Source: Fibrobacteria bacterium (lineage in GTDB: Bacteria > Fibrobacterota > Fibrobacteria > UBA11236). From it: DNA of 64,000 nucleotides. Under the pieces are notes generated by a model, which made no database searches, was not told where the DNA came from, and worked only from the letters and a program-made list of their open reading frames with translations. Location of the stretch: positions 1-64,000 of the forward strand of contig JAYTHY010000052.1 of the NCBI GenBank assembly GCA_043732185.1, read 5' to 3'. Shown piece by piece: positions 37,652-47,645 of this stretch; the first letter of the stretch is position 1; every line of letters begins with the position of its first letter. Made by a program: the position numbers and the translations under genes.

Positions 37652-39682
37652 TCACCCTAGGTCATAAAAGGACCGGAAGCGCTTTAAAATGGCTGCGTCC
37701 CTGATCACACCATCCGGAAAACGGCTGGGTGCAGTAGCGGCCAGTGGCGTACGATATTTTTCCGTTGCCCCACAATGCACGCCGGTTCCATCCATCCCGA
37801 TATTGTCGATATGAGAAACCGTTGGGTAAATGAAAGAACCGCCACGAAGATAGGTGGTCAAGACCCAGTTCAATGTCCATGTATCCGTTAGAGGATTTGT
37901 GAGTTGGGCTTCCAGAATGTGCGGAATATCGTTGCCACCTTGGAGTAAATCGATTTTTTGATCCAAAGCCTTGCGGGTCGCATTTGGTAAATCACGCTCC
38001 AAAAGGCGCCAAGCCCGTGACCAGGTTGCCCAGCCCCAACTCCCGATTCGAGGTGCAAAATAGAGGTCAAAGGGATAATCGTTCAATATCTCCTCATTGA
38101 GAGGAACGGTATATCCGGAAATACCAAGTATCGTTGGTTCATGGCGATATTTTTCTAGGCACCTTGACATGAATTCTAGAAAGTACTTTTGGGGAACACA
38201 ATCATCCTCGAGCAGAATCATATTTTCATACCGGTCAAGCATATAGTCGGCGGCCGCCATGATTGATTTGGCCAATCCGTGGTTTTCCTGCCGTTCAACA
38301 ATTATTGGTTTGACCCAATCCACAGCTTTACAAAGTCGGCGTGTTTCCGCTACGCCGATCATATCCTGATCCTTTTTGCAACCATCTAAAAATATTGTGA
38401 GGTTTGTGGCACCTAGGTTTCGTAGGCCTTCAAGAACCTTCCGGGTGTGCTCGGCGCGTTTATAGGCGACAAGAACGATGGGTAAATTTCGTGGATCGGG
38501 ACGTCCACCAGAATTCTCAATGGGGCTTTTTTTTGTTGCATTCGAAAAGGGCAAAACAGGATCAATTATAGTTGGCTGTGGATCACGCACAGCTACCAAG
38601 CGGATTTGGTAATTTCCGGTACTGACAGCCTGGTCACGGCATGCTGCATGAAAGGCTTCCTCGCCTTTTCCACGGTAAATATTTTCATAACCAGCTGGCC
38701 ATTGGTGCTGAATAGCCTCCACCTGAAGGACATTAAATCCCGCTGACTGGAAAAGATTGCCTAACGTCTGTGGATTCCAAGTAAACAAATGTTTATTCAC
38801 ATCCCTAGGATCGTAGGCTTGGCCCGGACCCTCATAGGGCAATACGAAAACAATTTTTCCTCCGATTCTGAGAATTCGGCGAAGTGAACTTAGGACCTGT
38901 AAGGGATCGTGTACATGCTCCAGTGCATGATTCGAAATGATTACATCTGCATATTCGTCGGGTAAATCTTGAGAAGATTCCACCGACCGAATTCCACCCA
39001 CATTTAAAGCTTCACTCCGGGCAACTGGATTTAATTCAATGCCTATTTTTCTTCTGCCAGGAAGATTTCGAAGTAAATACCCTCCCCCACTACCGAAATC
39101 TACAAGACTCGCGTCCGGTGCGACAAAGGGCAGAAACTTAAAGCGATTTGCGACTCCGCCAAAAGCACCGATAGTTTTTTGAAAGGAAAAGTAGTCACTG
39201 CCATAATATGATTTTTCACTCTTTACATTTTCAACTTTTCCAGAAGCAAAAAGCGACAAGTCACCGAAAACGGGTTGACCAGGCCTTGGAAATGACGCAC
39301 CGTTTTCATTATCACGAATGGCCTGACAATAGGATAGAACCCTTTCAATTGGTAGTGGAAATGAGACCCTGGTGGCTTCCAGGAACTCACGATATGCTTC
39401 TTGATATTTTTTTTCCGATTGGAAAAGTAACCCTCGCCAAAGCCTCAAGTGACCATCCCATCCACCGCCTTCCTTCATCACTTGGGAAAGTGAAAGCCAG
39501 GCCTTTTCCGGCAAGCGTTCTACGATAACTTTTTCGGCAGCCAAGATATGCTCAAGATCGCTCGGAGATTCCATCTGACCAACCAAACTTGTCTCCAAAG
39601 CACCTTTCAATATCTGGTCAAAATTATTTTCAGAAGAGAGTTTATCGAACCATGAATGTGCCAAACCTTGAGTACCGATCAT
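37652..39682 (-). CDS. Helical/TPR module + class I SAM methyltransferase + GT-A glycosyltransferase
   Basis: VDFGSGGG, SNHALEHVHDP; PIVLVAYKR, ILLEDDCVP, GSWGWATWSRAW, NIGMDGTGVH. Confidence 0.88.
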   Translation of the reverse strand: MIGTQGLAHSWFDKLSSENNFDQILKGALETSLVGQMESPSDLEHILAAEKVIVERLPEKAWLSLSQVMKEGGGWDGHLRLWRGLLFQSEKKYQEAYREFLEATRVSFPLPIERVLSYCQAIRDNENGASFPRPGQPVFGDLSLFASGKVENVKSEKSYYGSDYFSFQKTIGAFGGVANRFKFLPFVAPDASLVDFGSGGGYLLRNLPGRRKIGIELNPVARSEALNVGGIRSVESSQDLPDEYADVIISNHALEHVHDPLQVLSSLRRILRIGGKIVFVLPYEGPGQAYDPRDVNKHLFTWNPQTLGNLFQSAGFNVLQVEAIQHQWPAGYENIYRGKGEEAFHAACRDQAVSTGNYQIRLVAVRDPQPTIIDPVLPFSNATKKSPIENSGGRPDPRNLPIVLVAYKRAEHTRKVLEGLRNLGATNLTIFLDGCKKDQDMIGVAETRRLCKAVDWVKPIIVERQENHGLAKSIMAAADYMLDRYENMILLEDDCVPQKYFLEFMSRCLEKYRHEPTILGISGYTVPLNEEILNDYPFDLYFAPRIGSWGWATWSRAWRLLERDLPNATRKALDQKIDLLQGGNDIPHILEAQLTNPLTDTWTLNWVLTTYLRGGSFIYPTVSHIDNIGMDGTGVHCGATEKYRTPLAATAPSRFPDGVIRDAAILKRFRSFYDLG

Positions 39683-39697
39683 ACTTTATTCATTCAA

Positions 39698-40294
39698 TTA
39701 GCTGGACCGTGCCATGAGTAACATGTATTCTTTATTATAAAGAATTTCCTTTTCAATCTGATAATTTTTACTCACTTCCAATTTCAATTCATCAAATGAT
39801 TTTACAAATCCCAATGGATTTTCCGGTATATAGAGGGAAATAAATAGAAATTCAGTTCGCGTGGCTAGGGCTGCCAAAACTTGGCGCCAGTTTTCCATAT
39901 ACGAAAGAACTTCCCGAGAAAGAATCAAGTCGAACTTTTCCCAAGGGAAATTATGAATTAGATTCTCGATTGGAAGTGTGAGGAATTCAACCCCTGGGCA
40001 ACGCTGTTTTGCCTTCGCTATCGCGGTACTGGAAATATCGAGTCCAAGCACATAATTATTTTCCTTTTTAAGGAACTGGGTAAAGGTTCCCTTTCCGCAG
40101 CCTGCATCCAATATCCGTTTAAAAGAATACCTGTCCAACACACTTCGAGCCATGTTTTTAAAGAACAGGGTCATGTCTTCGGAACCCCAACTGTCATAAC
40201 CCTGGACATCTTCGTGTTCGTACATTTCCTCGAAATTACCCAGAAACTTTCTCTTATTATGATCGAATACGTATTTATGGTAGGGTTTTTCCAT
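39698..40294 (-). CDS. Class I SAM-dependent methyltransferase
   Basis: ILDAGCGKG, GLDISSTA, FDLILSREVLSY. ATG 40294 has a GAGGTG SD (track start 40426). Confidence 0.88.
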   Translation of the reverse strand: MEKPYHKYVFDHNKRKFLGNFEEMYEHEDVQGYDSWGSEDMTLFFKNMARSVLDRYSFKRILDAGCGKGTFTQFLKKENNYVLGLDISSTAIAKAKQRCPGVEFLTLPIENLIHNFPWEKFDLILSREVLSYMENWRQVLAALATRTEFLFISLYIPENPLGFVKSFDELKLEVSKNYQIEKEILYNKEYMLLMARSS

Positions 40295-40453
40295 CCGCAC
40301 CTCAAGTTTTCCTGAACCCGAAACATTGGCGTTCTGAGCCCTATTATCCCATACCTCCTCAATGCCTGTCCAGGGGAGGATTGGACTAGAATTTTTGCGA
40401 GTAAAATGGGATCCATTGACAGGCAATAACCGGTTGAGATAAAATTACCTGCA

Positions 40454-42373
40454 GTGAATAGCATGCGAAGTGACGATTTTCAATCACAACCTTTAGAAAC
40501 CGAAGATGCAACGGTGGTAGCGGAAATATGTAGAATCCTGGAAACTTTCGAAAAAAAAATGATTCCCGACAAGGATATTGTCGCGATTTTTGAGAAAAAT
40601 CCACCCCCCTACCAACATGAATTGTTATGGTACCGTACACTTGCAGCCCATTTCAAATCCCGAAACAAACACGATACTGCCGCCTGGTTCCTAGCCAAAC
40701 TACCGAATTCCACATTTGATTTAACGCGAATGGAAGAGGTCTTGACTTCGGATGGAAGTCGCACTGCATTGGAGACCGTGTATGTGGAAGCGAAGGAAAT
40801 GCTCTCCGTCCAACACATGCCTCAATTCTTGAATACAAAGGGTCGACTAAAGCTTCGGCGTCAATTACGTGCATCTTTGACCAAACTCTTTACTGGAAAA
40901 TTTCCAGACACTGATATCGATCTAATTTTTGTTGATGCCAATCACTCTGCTTTTCACAAGCACGCGTTAGCCGAAACACCTTGGGGAAGCCTTGATTATA
41001 TTCTCAATAGCAACGAGGTAACACGAATTGAGGTTCTCGACAGCGAGCATCTTGTGATCTTGTGGTGCGTTAAAAATACCATTTTCTATTTGACTAAAGA
41101 CGAAGCCTTCCAATGTTCACGAAGTGCTGCGATTGAAGCCGCTGCCTCCGTTTGTCATCATATCGGATTTCCTTCAACGAATCCTACTTTACAGGACAAC
41201 TTTCATGAGACTAATCCTACACCGCAGGCATTGACTAGATCTTACTTGGGAGATCCAGTTATAGATGCAGAAACTATATTAGAATCCCGGGCCATTTCTC
41301 ATTTTCCATTATTCGGCCAGATCATGAAGCATATATTTCAAGTAAAGGAATTCGACTCCGACCAAGTGAAGGGAATGTTGCAAACAGTTGCTGAAGGAGG
41401 CAAAGACCTAGCCATATCAGGACTGAATTCACCCCAGGCCTACCAAAACATGATTGGTTTGTATTGCTTTACCAATGGGTATGCGAATGATTTTTTATCT
41501 TGGCTAATAGGCTTGTATTCTCAACCCTACACTTTACCATCCATGCGTGGAGCGCTTGGATTCTTGGAAAAATCAGCCGTTGAGGAATGCATAGATGTTT
41601 TAAGAGACCGAGGATACTACGTGTTTCCTGAGTGTCTTTCACAGGAAAAATGCGACGCGTTAGTGGAGTTCGCACTGCACTCAGAAGCCCAGCTAATCTC
41701 GGAAGTACAAGCCTCCACGCAAAAAGGGATCTATGACAGGGATAATCCAAAAGCCCATAAATATATCTTCCCTGAAGATGCGTTACTCCAACTGCCTGAA
41801 GTCCAAAAACTTATTTGCGACCCATCCATTATTACTATTTCCCAAGCGTATTTAGGCGCTAAACCAAATCTCTGCTCCGTTTCCATGTGGTGGAATACGG
41901 CTTTTTCTAAAATTCCTAGCTCCGCTGCTGCGCAACTATATCATTTTGATATGGATCGAATAAAGTGGATAAAATGGTTCATTTATCTAACAGATGTCAC
42001 CACGGATACAGGTCCACATTCTCTTATTGCAAAATCTCACCGTCGCGGTGGGAAGCCTTCCGAACTTCTGAAACATGGGTATACAAGATTGGCGGACAAA
42101 GATGTGCAACAGCACTACCCAACCGAAGACTGTATTGAAGTATTAGGGAAAAGAGGTACGATTATTGCCGCGGATACGCGCACCTTTCATAAAGGGAAAC
42201 TCCCAGCCAAGCATGACAGATTGATTTTTGAATTTGAATTTGCCAATAGTCTATTCGGCGCGGAGTTTGACCTCGACTGTAGTTTTCCACCGACTGTAGA
42301 ATCGAGCTTTAACACAGCGGCAATTCAATTTCCGCATATCTATAGGCGATATAATTTACTCCGCAATCCATAA
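40454..42373 (+). CDS. Unknown N-terminal region + PhyH-type Fe(II)/2-oxoglutarate dioxygenase
   Basis: YHFDMD (HxD), FIYLTDVTTDTGPH, DTRTFHKG, terminal R of the 2OG-binding strand. Confidence 0.85.
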   Translation: MNSMRSDDFQSQPLETEDATVVAEICRILETFEKKMIPDKDIVAIFEKNPPPYQHELLWYRTLAAHFKSRNKHDTAAWFLAKLPNSTFDLTRMEEVLTSDGSRTALETVYVEAKEMLSVQHMPQFLNTKGRLKLRRQLRASLTKLFTGKFPDTDIDLIFVDANHSAFHKHALAETPWGSLDYILNSNEVTRIEVLDSEHLVILWCVKNTIFYLTKDEAFQCSRSAAIEAAASVCHHIGFPSTNPTLQDNFHETNPTPQALTRSYLGDPVIDAETILESRAISHFPLFGQIMKHIFQVKEFDSDQVKGMLQTVAEGGKDLAISGLNSPQAYQNMIGLYCFTNGYANDFLSWLIGLYSQPYTLPSMRGALGFLEKSAVEECIDVLRDRGYYVFPECLSQEKCDALVEFALHSEAQLISEVQASTQKGIYDRDNPKAHKYIFPEDALLQLPEVQKLICDPSIITISQAYLGAKPNLCSVSMWWNTAFSKIPSSAAAQLYHFDMDRIKWIKWFIYLTDVTTDTGPHSLIAKSHRRGGKPSELLKHGYTRLADKDVQQHYPTEDCIEVLGKRGTIIAADTRTFHKGKLPAKHDRLIFEFEFANSLFGAEFDLDCSFPPTVESSFNTAAIQFPHIYRRYNLLRNP

Positions 42374-42387
42374 TATTTTTCGAATAT

Positions 42388-45300
42388 TTAAACAGAGTTA
42401 TTCCGGGCTTCAATACGGATTTGATAAGCACCCTCTTTAACTGCATATTCTTGGCAAGCCTTATGAAACCCTTGCTCACCAAGCGATTCCCACAGTATTT
42501 CCGGTTCTGGAGGCCATTTATGCTGAAATGCTTCTACTGAGACAACTTCATACCCGGCCTGTTGGAATAGGTTTCCAAGGGTCATAGGATTCCAGGTGTA
42601 TAGATTTTGAACTGCGCTTTGTTTTTTAAAAGATTCTCCCGGTCCCTGATGCGGCACAACAAACACAATTGTCCCATTCGGTTTCAACTTAGACCGCAAG
42701 GCCATCAGATCATTTAGAGGAGATTTTGACTGAGATAAATACTGATCGGAAATAATTAGATCCGCCCAAGCGTTCGGGAGGTCCTCAATTTTTTCCACGC
42801 TTTCAATGCCACGAACATTAGAAGCCTCTTTCCGGGCAAATTTATTATTCTCTATTCCTACCTTTTCCATGCAGTAAATGTTCCTAAGTAAAAATCCTCC
42901 CCCACTTCCCAGTTGAACAACACAAAAATTTGCCTTTAGGTATGGTGAAAATTTGAATACATCCGCAGCACCCGAAAAAGAATTGGCGCTTTTACGGTAG
43001 GAAATGTACTCCTTATCTTTGTAGCCCAAAACGTTTACATCCACTTTACCAGGAGAGTCAATTCCGGGTATTTTAGTGAGATTTGTGGAATTGTATTTCT
43101 GTTCCAATTCCTTGGCAATGAATTCACAGAATCGCTCCACCCTGATTCGCGGCACAGCAAAGGATACTTTTGTGGCCTCTCGAAATTCAGATAGGGCCTC
43201 CTCCAATTGTCCCTCTGAAAGCAGACATAATGCATTCCAATAATGCAAATGGCCATCCAATTTGGCATCCTTGGAAAGCATGTTCCGTAACACTTTCCGA
43301 AGAACATGCGGCATTCGCATAATTACAGTTTCTGCTTGGGGAAATTTTTCATGGGTGGAATCTTTCCCGGAGTAGCATTCCAAACTCGTTTCCATCGCTA
43401 CATATAATTCCTCGATCTGCGGAAATTGTTCACGCAGGGCTTTTATCCACTGTCGACTATACGAAAACTTATATCCCCGAAAATCATTGTTCCTTGCGAG
43501 GTGAATTTGAATCTTTCTACCTGCTGACAAAGTACTTACTACTTCATGTTCGGATAATAAAGGAGCAGCAGCTTCAATCCATACACGCCAGGAACCGGGC
43601 CAACCAGGTTCGACATCATGAAAGGCAATCCAACCGTTTTGCTTTACCTTTGGATAAACTAATTGGAAATCAAGTAAAACATCAATGTACTCATGTGAAG
43701 CATCTATGAAAACAAAGTCAAGTTTGAGGTCCGGATTCCAATTTTCAAGAAGATCATGGGTATAGCCACGCATCGGAGTGGCATAAGACTCCAGCCCCAA
43801 CCGAGTTAAATTGCCTTTCCAAATATGAAGAAAATCGGCGCCTTGAGCACCAGTTTCTGGATCCTCGGAATCGCAAAAGGCATCAATGGATATTATGCGT
43901 TTATTCGTTCCCACACAGGCGAAAGCCATTGCACAGGTGGATTTGCCATGATTGGCACCTAACTCCAAAATAATTGCACCATCCGACAGCGATTTAACTT
44001 TGTTGAATAAGAATTTTGGTTGGCCATCGAGCATCCAACCTTCGACGGTCTCCACCATCGCATGTACGTCTTCGTAGTTGGTATACACCCTGGGATTTGT
44101 TAAAACGGAAACTTTTCCGACCCCAACAAGATTGGATACCGGAAGTATTGGAGCGGGTTCATTCAATCCTGTTTTAACATTTTGCAAAGCAGGGGCATCG
44201 TTGTTATCGGACAGCATCGAAAAATATTCAGCCTGTAGCTCCTTATCAGATGGAAATTTTTTTATGGCTTGCTCATAATGCATTTTTGCTTTTTCAGTGT
44301 CGCCTGAAAGTCGGAATAATACTGCGAGATCCCTGTCATCTGTAGCATCGGCATCCGGTGGCAAATAAAATATTTGCATAGGCAGTGAGATGGAATGCAT
44401 CCTGCTTAGGGGCTTTTTACCAAAAAACTGAACAAAACAGGTTTCCGCTAATTTGTCCAAGGATTCCGGTGGGTACTCTTTTAGTTTTTTAAAGAAACTC
44501 AGCAAACTCTCAGTTTTCATGACGATTAAAGAAAGTAAAGTAATGGGTCTTTTCACTTTTTCAAAACCCAATTTTGCCGCAACATATTCTGCTGCCGGAG
44601 CCGTCTCCGTAAATATTTCACCCTGGATAAGTCCTTCTGCATCGCATATCCAGGCACCGTACTGAACCCCTTCCAATTCCTTTTCGGTACCATGGAAAAG
44701 AATATTCAGCGCAGTGGACAAAACGGATTCGTCCACCTGCAGATCGTTTGTGCCAAAGGCAACAAATTTCTCGGGTAAACTCTGTAATTGGGTTACCATG
44801 CTTTCCACGAAGGCGTTAACGGAAATATCCAAAGCTAAATCCAAATCAACCCGCCTAATCGTTTGGCAACGCGAACGTTTAAGCGAATTGAGAAGGATCG
44901 AATCAGAATCACCAGTGCTTGTCTGAGATATTATTCTTAGAAAGGCAATGGGAGGATCAGGAGCAAATTTTGATGATGTTTCACGTAATGTCTTGCGACG
45001 GGTATTGCAAGCCTCCAACTCCCGTTTGAGGAAAATTTCTTCGTCACGCGCTTCAGCTTGCTGACGGCCAGATGTAGGCAATAAATGAAGTTCGGAGTCA
45101 TATAAAATTGAATCACATATCCTATCAAGAGCAGGATCCAAGCCTGGAGCTAATTCAGAAATTGATTTAATGCGGAGATCGGGGGAGTAGACTTCCTTGA
45201 AGCCAAAACTTTTGAACTTAAATACCATTCGGTAAAAAAATAGGTGCGCGTAACGATATGCCTTCCTATAGTTCTGCCAATCAATGCTCCCATTCTTCGC

Positions 45301-46572
45301 CACGTTATTCAGTATCGCCTGTTCGTAGTGTTCAGCTGATTTGACCCAATCCATACCGATTGGTCTCCAGAATGAATCACCCATACAAAGAGTTGGAATA
45401 CCTCTAATTATGGATTCGGGTCCAGTGGTAGAAAGAAAACTTGTCACAACATCTGCATTCCAAATAATGGCGTAAGAAGTTATTTTTTCATATGGCATAA
45501 CTACCCGCACATGATTTGGAAATTCCAAATTCAGACGAAACAATTCCTTTAAAAATCGTTTTACAATTCGACCTCCTTTTACCAAAATTGGATGATGTCG
45601 AATTACGAGGTAGATGTTGTTGCGCTCGCAAATTTTGGCCGTTGCCCTCATCCATTCAAGTTGTGAATCAAATGCCATTTGGAAATGGCTGGCGGAAATT
45701 CCAACTTCCCAATCCCCGGAGGTGAACATGGCTAATATTTTACCACCGGCTGGTATACGCAGGGCCTGCCTCACGCGGGATGCGTCCGTTTGAAAATCAT
45801 AGAATGGGCTGAAGTTTGTATTTTTACCCTGTTCCCGATCTTGAAAATAACTTTTTACCTGCTCCATTTCCTCCAATTCCAAGGGTACATCTTTCCAGAG
45901 TTCCCAAATCCTCAGGACATCTTGGTTTCGTATCGATATACAATTCTTGAAAATACTGAAGCTGTCGTCGGTAAATCCTCGTTCATGCACTAAGACCGGA
46001 AGACCCACAGATCGGCTTAATTCAAAAGCGGCGCGGTAATAGACTTGCATTGCGTGAAAACATACCATGGAATCGCCACGCAATTCCGCGATCGCCCTAA
46101 GCAATCCTCGCTTAATGAGCGCACAGTTATACAGAAAGTCCCGTGCTACGGGCGCAATTTCAGGATTTGTATAATCCAGGGTTCCAACTAAAAAATATCC
46201 GTGTAGGGTACTTCTAATCCATTCACCTAATTCTAGGCCCTCAAAATTACCAAGAATCATGTCGTCTGGGGAAATGTCGTCCGCCCATTTTCTGCACTCT
46301 TTAAAATCCTTTTCTGTTAGGAAGGATCGGAGTTGTACCGTGGGAACGCCAAGAGCCGCGAAGAGCTGTTTTCCCATTTGAGAACAGGTTCGACACGTAT
46401 TTTGATCGGGAGGCTTCCCAGCAATGGGGCAACTTTGAAAGAGTCCATCGCACAAAATTGCAACCACATCACAACCCCGACTTTGTAGAGCTGCCCCCCA
46501 GACGGCATCTACTTGATGGTGGACAGTCCATTGCCCATAGGGTGCAAACATCAATACTTTTTTGCTGGCCAC
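42388..46572 (-). CDS. Multidomain glycan-modification protein: capsule-synthesis/GT-B-like + GT-A-like remnant + TPR + Methyltransf_24-like + helical module + degenerate methyltransferase
   Basis: HERGF, LVIRHHP, STTGPESIIRGIP (KpsS/Capsule_synth-like); ILELGANHGKST, FIDASHEY, IAFHD; VQLGSGGG. Confidence 0.8.
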   Translation of the reverse strand: MASKKVLMFAPYGQWTVHHQVDAVWGAALQSRGCDVVAILCDGLFQSCPIAGKPPDQNTCRTCSQMGKQLFAALGVPTVQLRSFLTEKDFKECRKWADDISPDDMILGNFEGLELGEWIRSTLHGYFLVGTLDYTNPEIAPVARDFLYNCALIKRGLLRAIAELRGDSMVCFHAMQVYYRAAFELSRSVGLPVLVHERGFTDDSFSIFKNCISIRNQDVLRIWELWKDVPLELEEMEQVKSYFQDREQGKNTNFSPFYDFQTDASRVRQALRIPAGGKILAMFTSGDWEVGISASHFQMAFDSQLEWMRATAKICERNNIYLVIRHHPILVKGGRIVKRFLKELFRLNLEFPNHVRVVMPYEKITSYAIIWNADVVTSFLSTTGPESIIRGIPTLCMGDSFWRPIGMDWVKSAEHYEQAILNNVAKNGSIDWQNYRKAYRYAHLFFYRMVFKFKSFGFKEVYSPDLRIKSISELAPGLDPALDRICDSILYDSELHLLPTSGRQQAEARDEEIFLKRELEACNTRRKTLRETSSKFAPDPPIAFLRIISQTSTGDSDSILLNSLKRSRCQTIRRVDLDLALDISVNAFVESMVTQLQSLPEKFVAFGTNDLQVDESVLSTALNILFHGTEKELEGVQYGAWICDAEGLIQGEIFTETAPAAEYVAAKLGFEKVKRPITLLSLIVMKTESLLSFFKKLKEYPPESLDKLAETCFVQFFGKKPLSRMHSISLPMQIFYLPPDADATDDRDLAVLFRLSGDTEKAKMHYEQAIKKFPSDKELQAEYFSMLSDNNDAPALQNVKTGLNEPAPILPVSNLVGVGKVSVLTNPRVYTNYEDVHAMVETVEGWMLDGQPKFLFNKVKSLSDGAIILELGANHGKSTCAMAFACVGTNKRIISIDAFCDSEDPETGAQGADFLHIWKGNLTRLGLESYATPMRGYTHDLLENWNPDLKLDFVFIDASHEYIDVLLDFQLVYPKVKQNGWIAFHDVEPGWPGSWRVWIEAAAPLLSEHEVVSTLSAGRKIQIHLARNNDFRGYKFSYSRQWIKALREQFPQIEELYVAMETSLECYSGKDSTHEKFPQAETVIMRMPHVLRKVLRNMLSKDAKLDGHLHYWNALCLLSEGQLEEALSEFREATKVSFAVPRIRVERFCEFIAKELEQKYNSTNLTKIPGIDSPGKVDVNVLGYKDKEYISYRKSANSFSGAADVFKFSPYLKANFCVVQLGSGGGFLLRNIYCMEKVGIENNKFARKEASNVRGIESVEKIEDLPNAWADLIISDQYLSQSKSPLNDLMALRSKLKPNGTIVFVVPHQGPGESFKKQSAVQNLYTWNPMTLGNLFQQAGYEVVSVEAFQHKWPPEPEILWESLGEQGFHKACQEYAVKEGAYQIRIEARNNSV

Positions 46573-46624
46573 GTATTCTTTCCTTTTACAAGTCGTCTAG
46601 TTGAATTGCATATTCATCAAATTC

Positions 46625-47590
46625 CTATGGTCGATAATGGACGGTGTCGGAGAGAACCGCAATATTTTCAGAATGCTTCAGAATGTTCCCTTTCCGCTCT
46701 AAATCACGATTGCGAATATTGTTTTGAAGTTCTTGGAGTGTTTCGTCAACACTAAAGGGAAAATAGTTGCGTTTATGAGATTTATGGGCAATACAGCATA
46801 TCTCCCAATCACCATCAGGCGCCTGATTATGATAGTAGTGGGAAGACATGAAAAACCCATGCTTATTTAAAAATCCAGCCATGGAAACATGATCAAACAT
46901 GCAATTATGTGGCGAATTGAAATCCTCGAAACAATTAATGGTATTGGCAAATCTCCATGCTGGAACAACGATCATCATTACCCCATCCGGTTTTATCGTT
47001 TGGGATGCATAATTCAGAAAATCATTTGGGTCATAGACATGCTCAAGAGAATGGTGGGAGAAAATTAAATCATACCGCATATTATCCGGTAATTTTGAAA
47101 TGTGACTCACGATTTTAAGTTTGTAATTCTTATTGCCAAAATCGGCGAGAACCCGATCCAATTCCACTCCATAAACCGTATTACCCGTACGACCAAGAAA
47201 ATCAAGTGCGCCTCCAATCCCACATCCAAAATCAAGGCAATTCCAATCCCGTTTGTCCATTATTTTTATCCCGTTCATTTGCAACCATGGATCGAACCGT
47301 GCAAATTGATAGGGCGCATAGTTAACATAGCCTTGTTGAATTATGGTTGGCTTAACCTTTCGGTATCCAGATTCGCCATAATATTTTTCCTGTTCGGACC
47401 TTGGCAATCGCGGATTCTGGAAAATAAAACAGCATTTTGTGCAAAGACTCCAGCCATACTCTTCATCTGGTCCAAACATGTCTGGTTTGAAAACGTCATT
47501 CTTGACGTCGATGTAAAGTCCCATCAGCGCGTTCCCGCCACACAATTGGCATTCTTTCAATTTCTCCAGCATGGTACCCCCTCCCAACAT
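46625..47590 (-). CDS. Class I SAM methyltransferase with N-terminal Zn ribbon (paralog 2)
   Basis: CQLCG...CTKC..FQNPR; LDFGCGIG; HHSLEHVYDP. Confidence 0.88.
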   Translation of the reverse strand: MLGGGTMLEKLKECQLCGGNALMGLYIDVKNDVFKPDMFGPDEEYGWSLCTKCCFIFQNPRLPRSEQEKYYGESGYRKVKPTIIQQGYVNYAPYQFARFDPWLQMNGIKIMDKRDWNCLDFGCGIGGALDFLGRTGNTVYGVELDRVLADFGNKNYKLKIVSHISKLPDNMRYDLIFSHHSLEHVYDPNDFLNYASQTIKPDGVMMIVVPAWRFANTINCFEDFNSPHNCMFDHVSMAGFLNKHGFFMSSHYYHNQAPDGDWEICCIAHKSHKRNYFPFSVDETLQELQNNIRNRDLERKGNILKHSENIAVLSDTVHYRP

Positions 47591-47645
47591 TTTAGTATTA
47601 CCGATGAGGATGAATCAACGAAATCAACCAGGAGCAGCAATCGAA

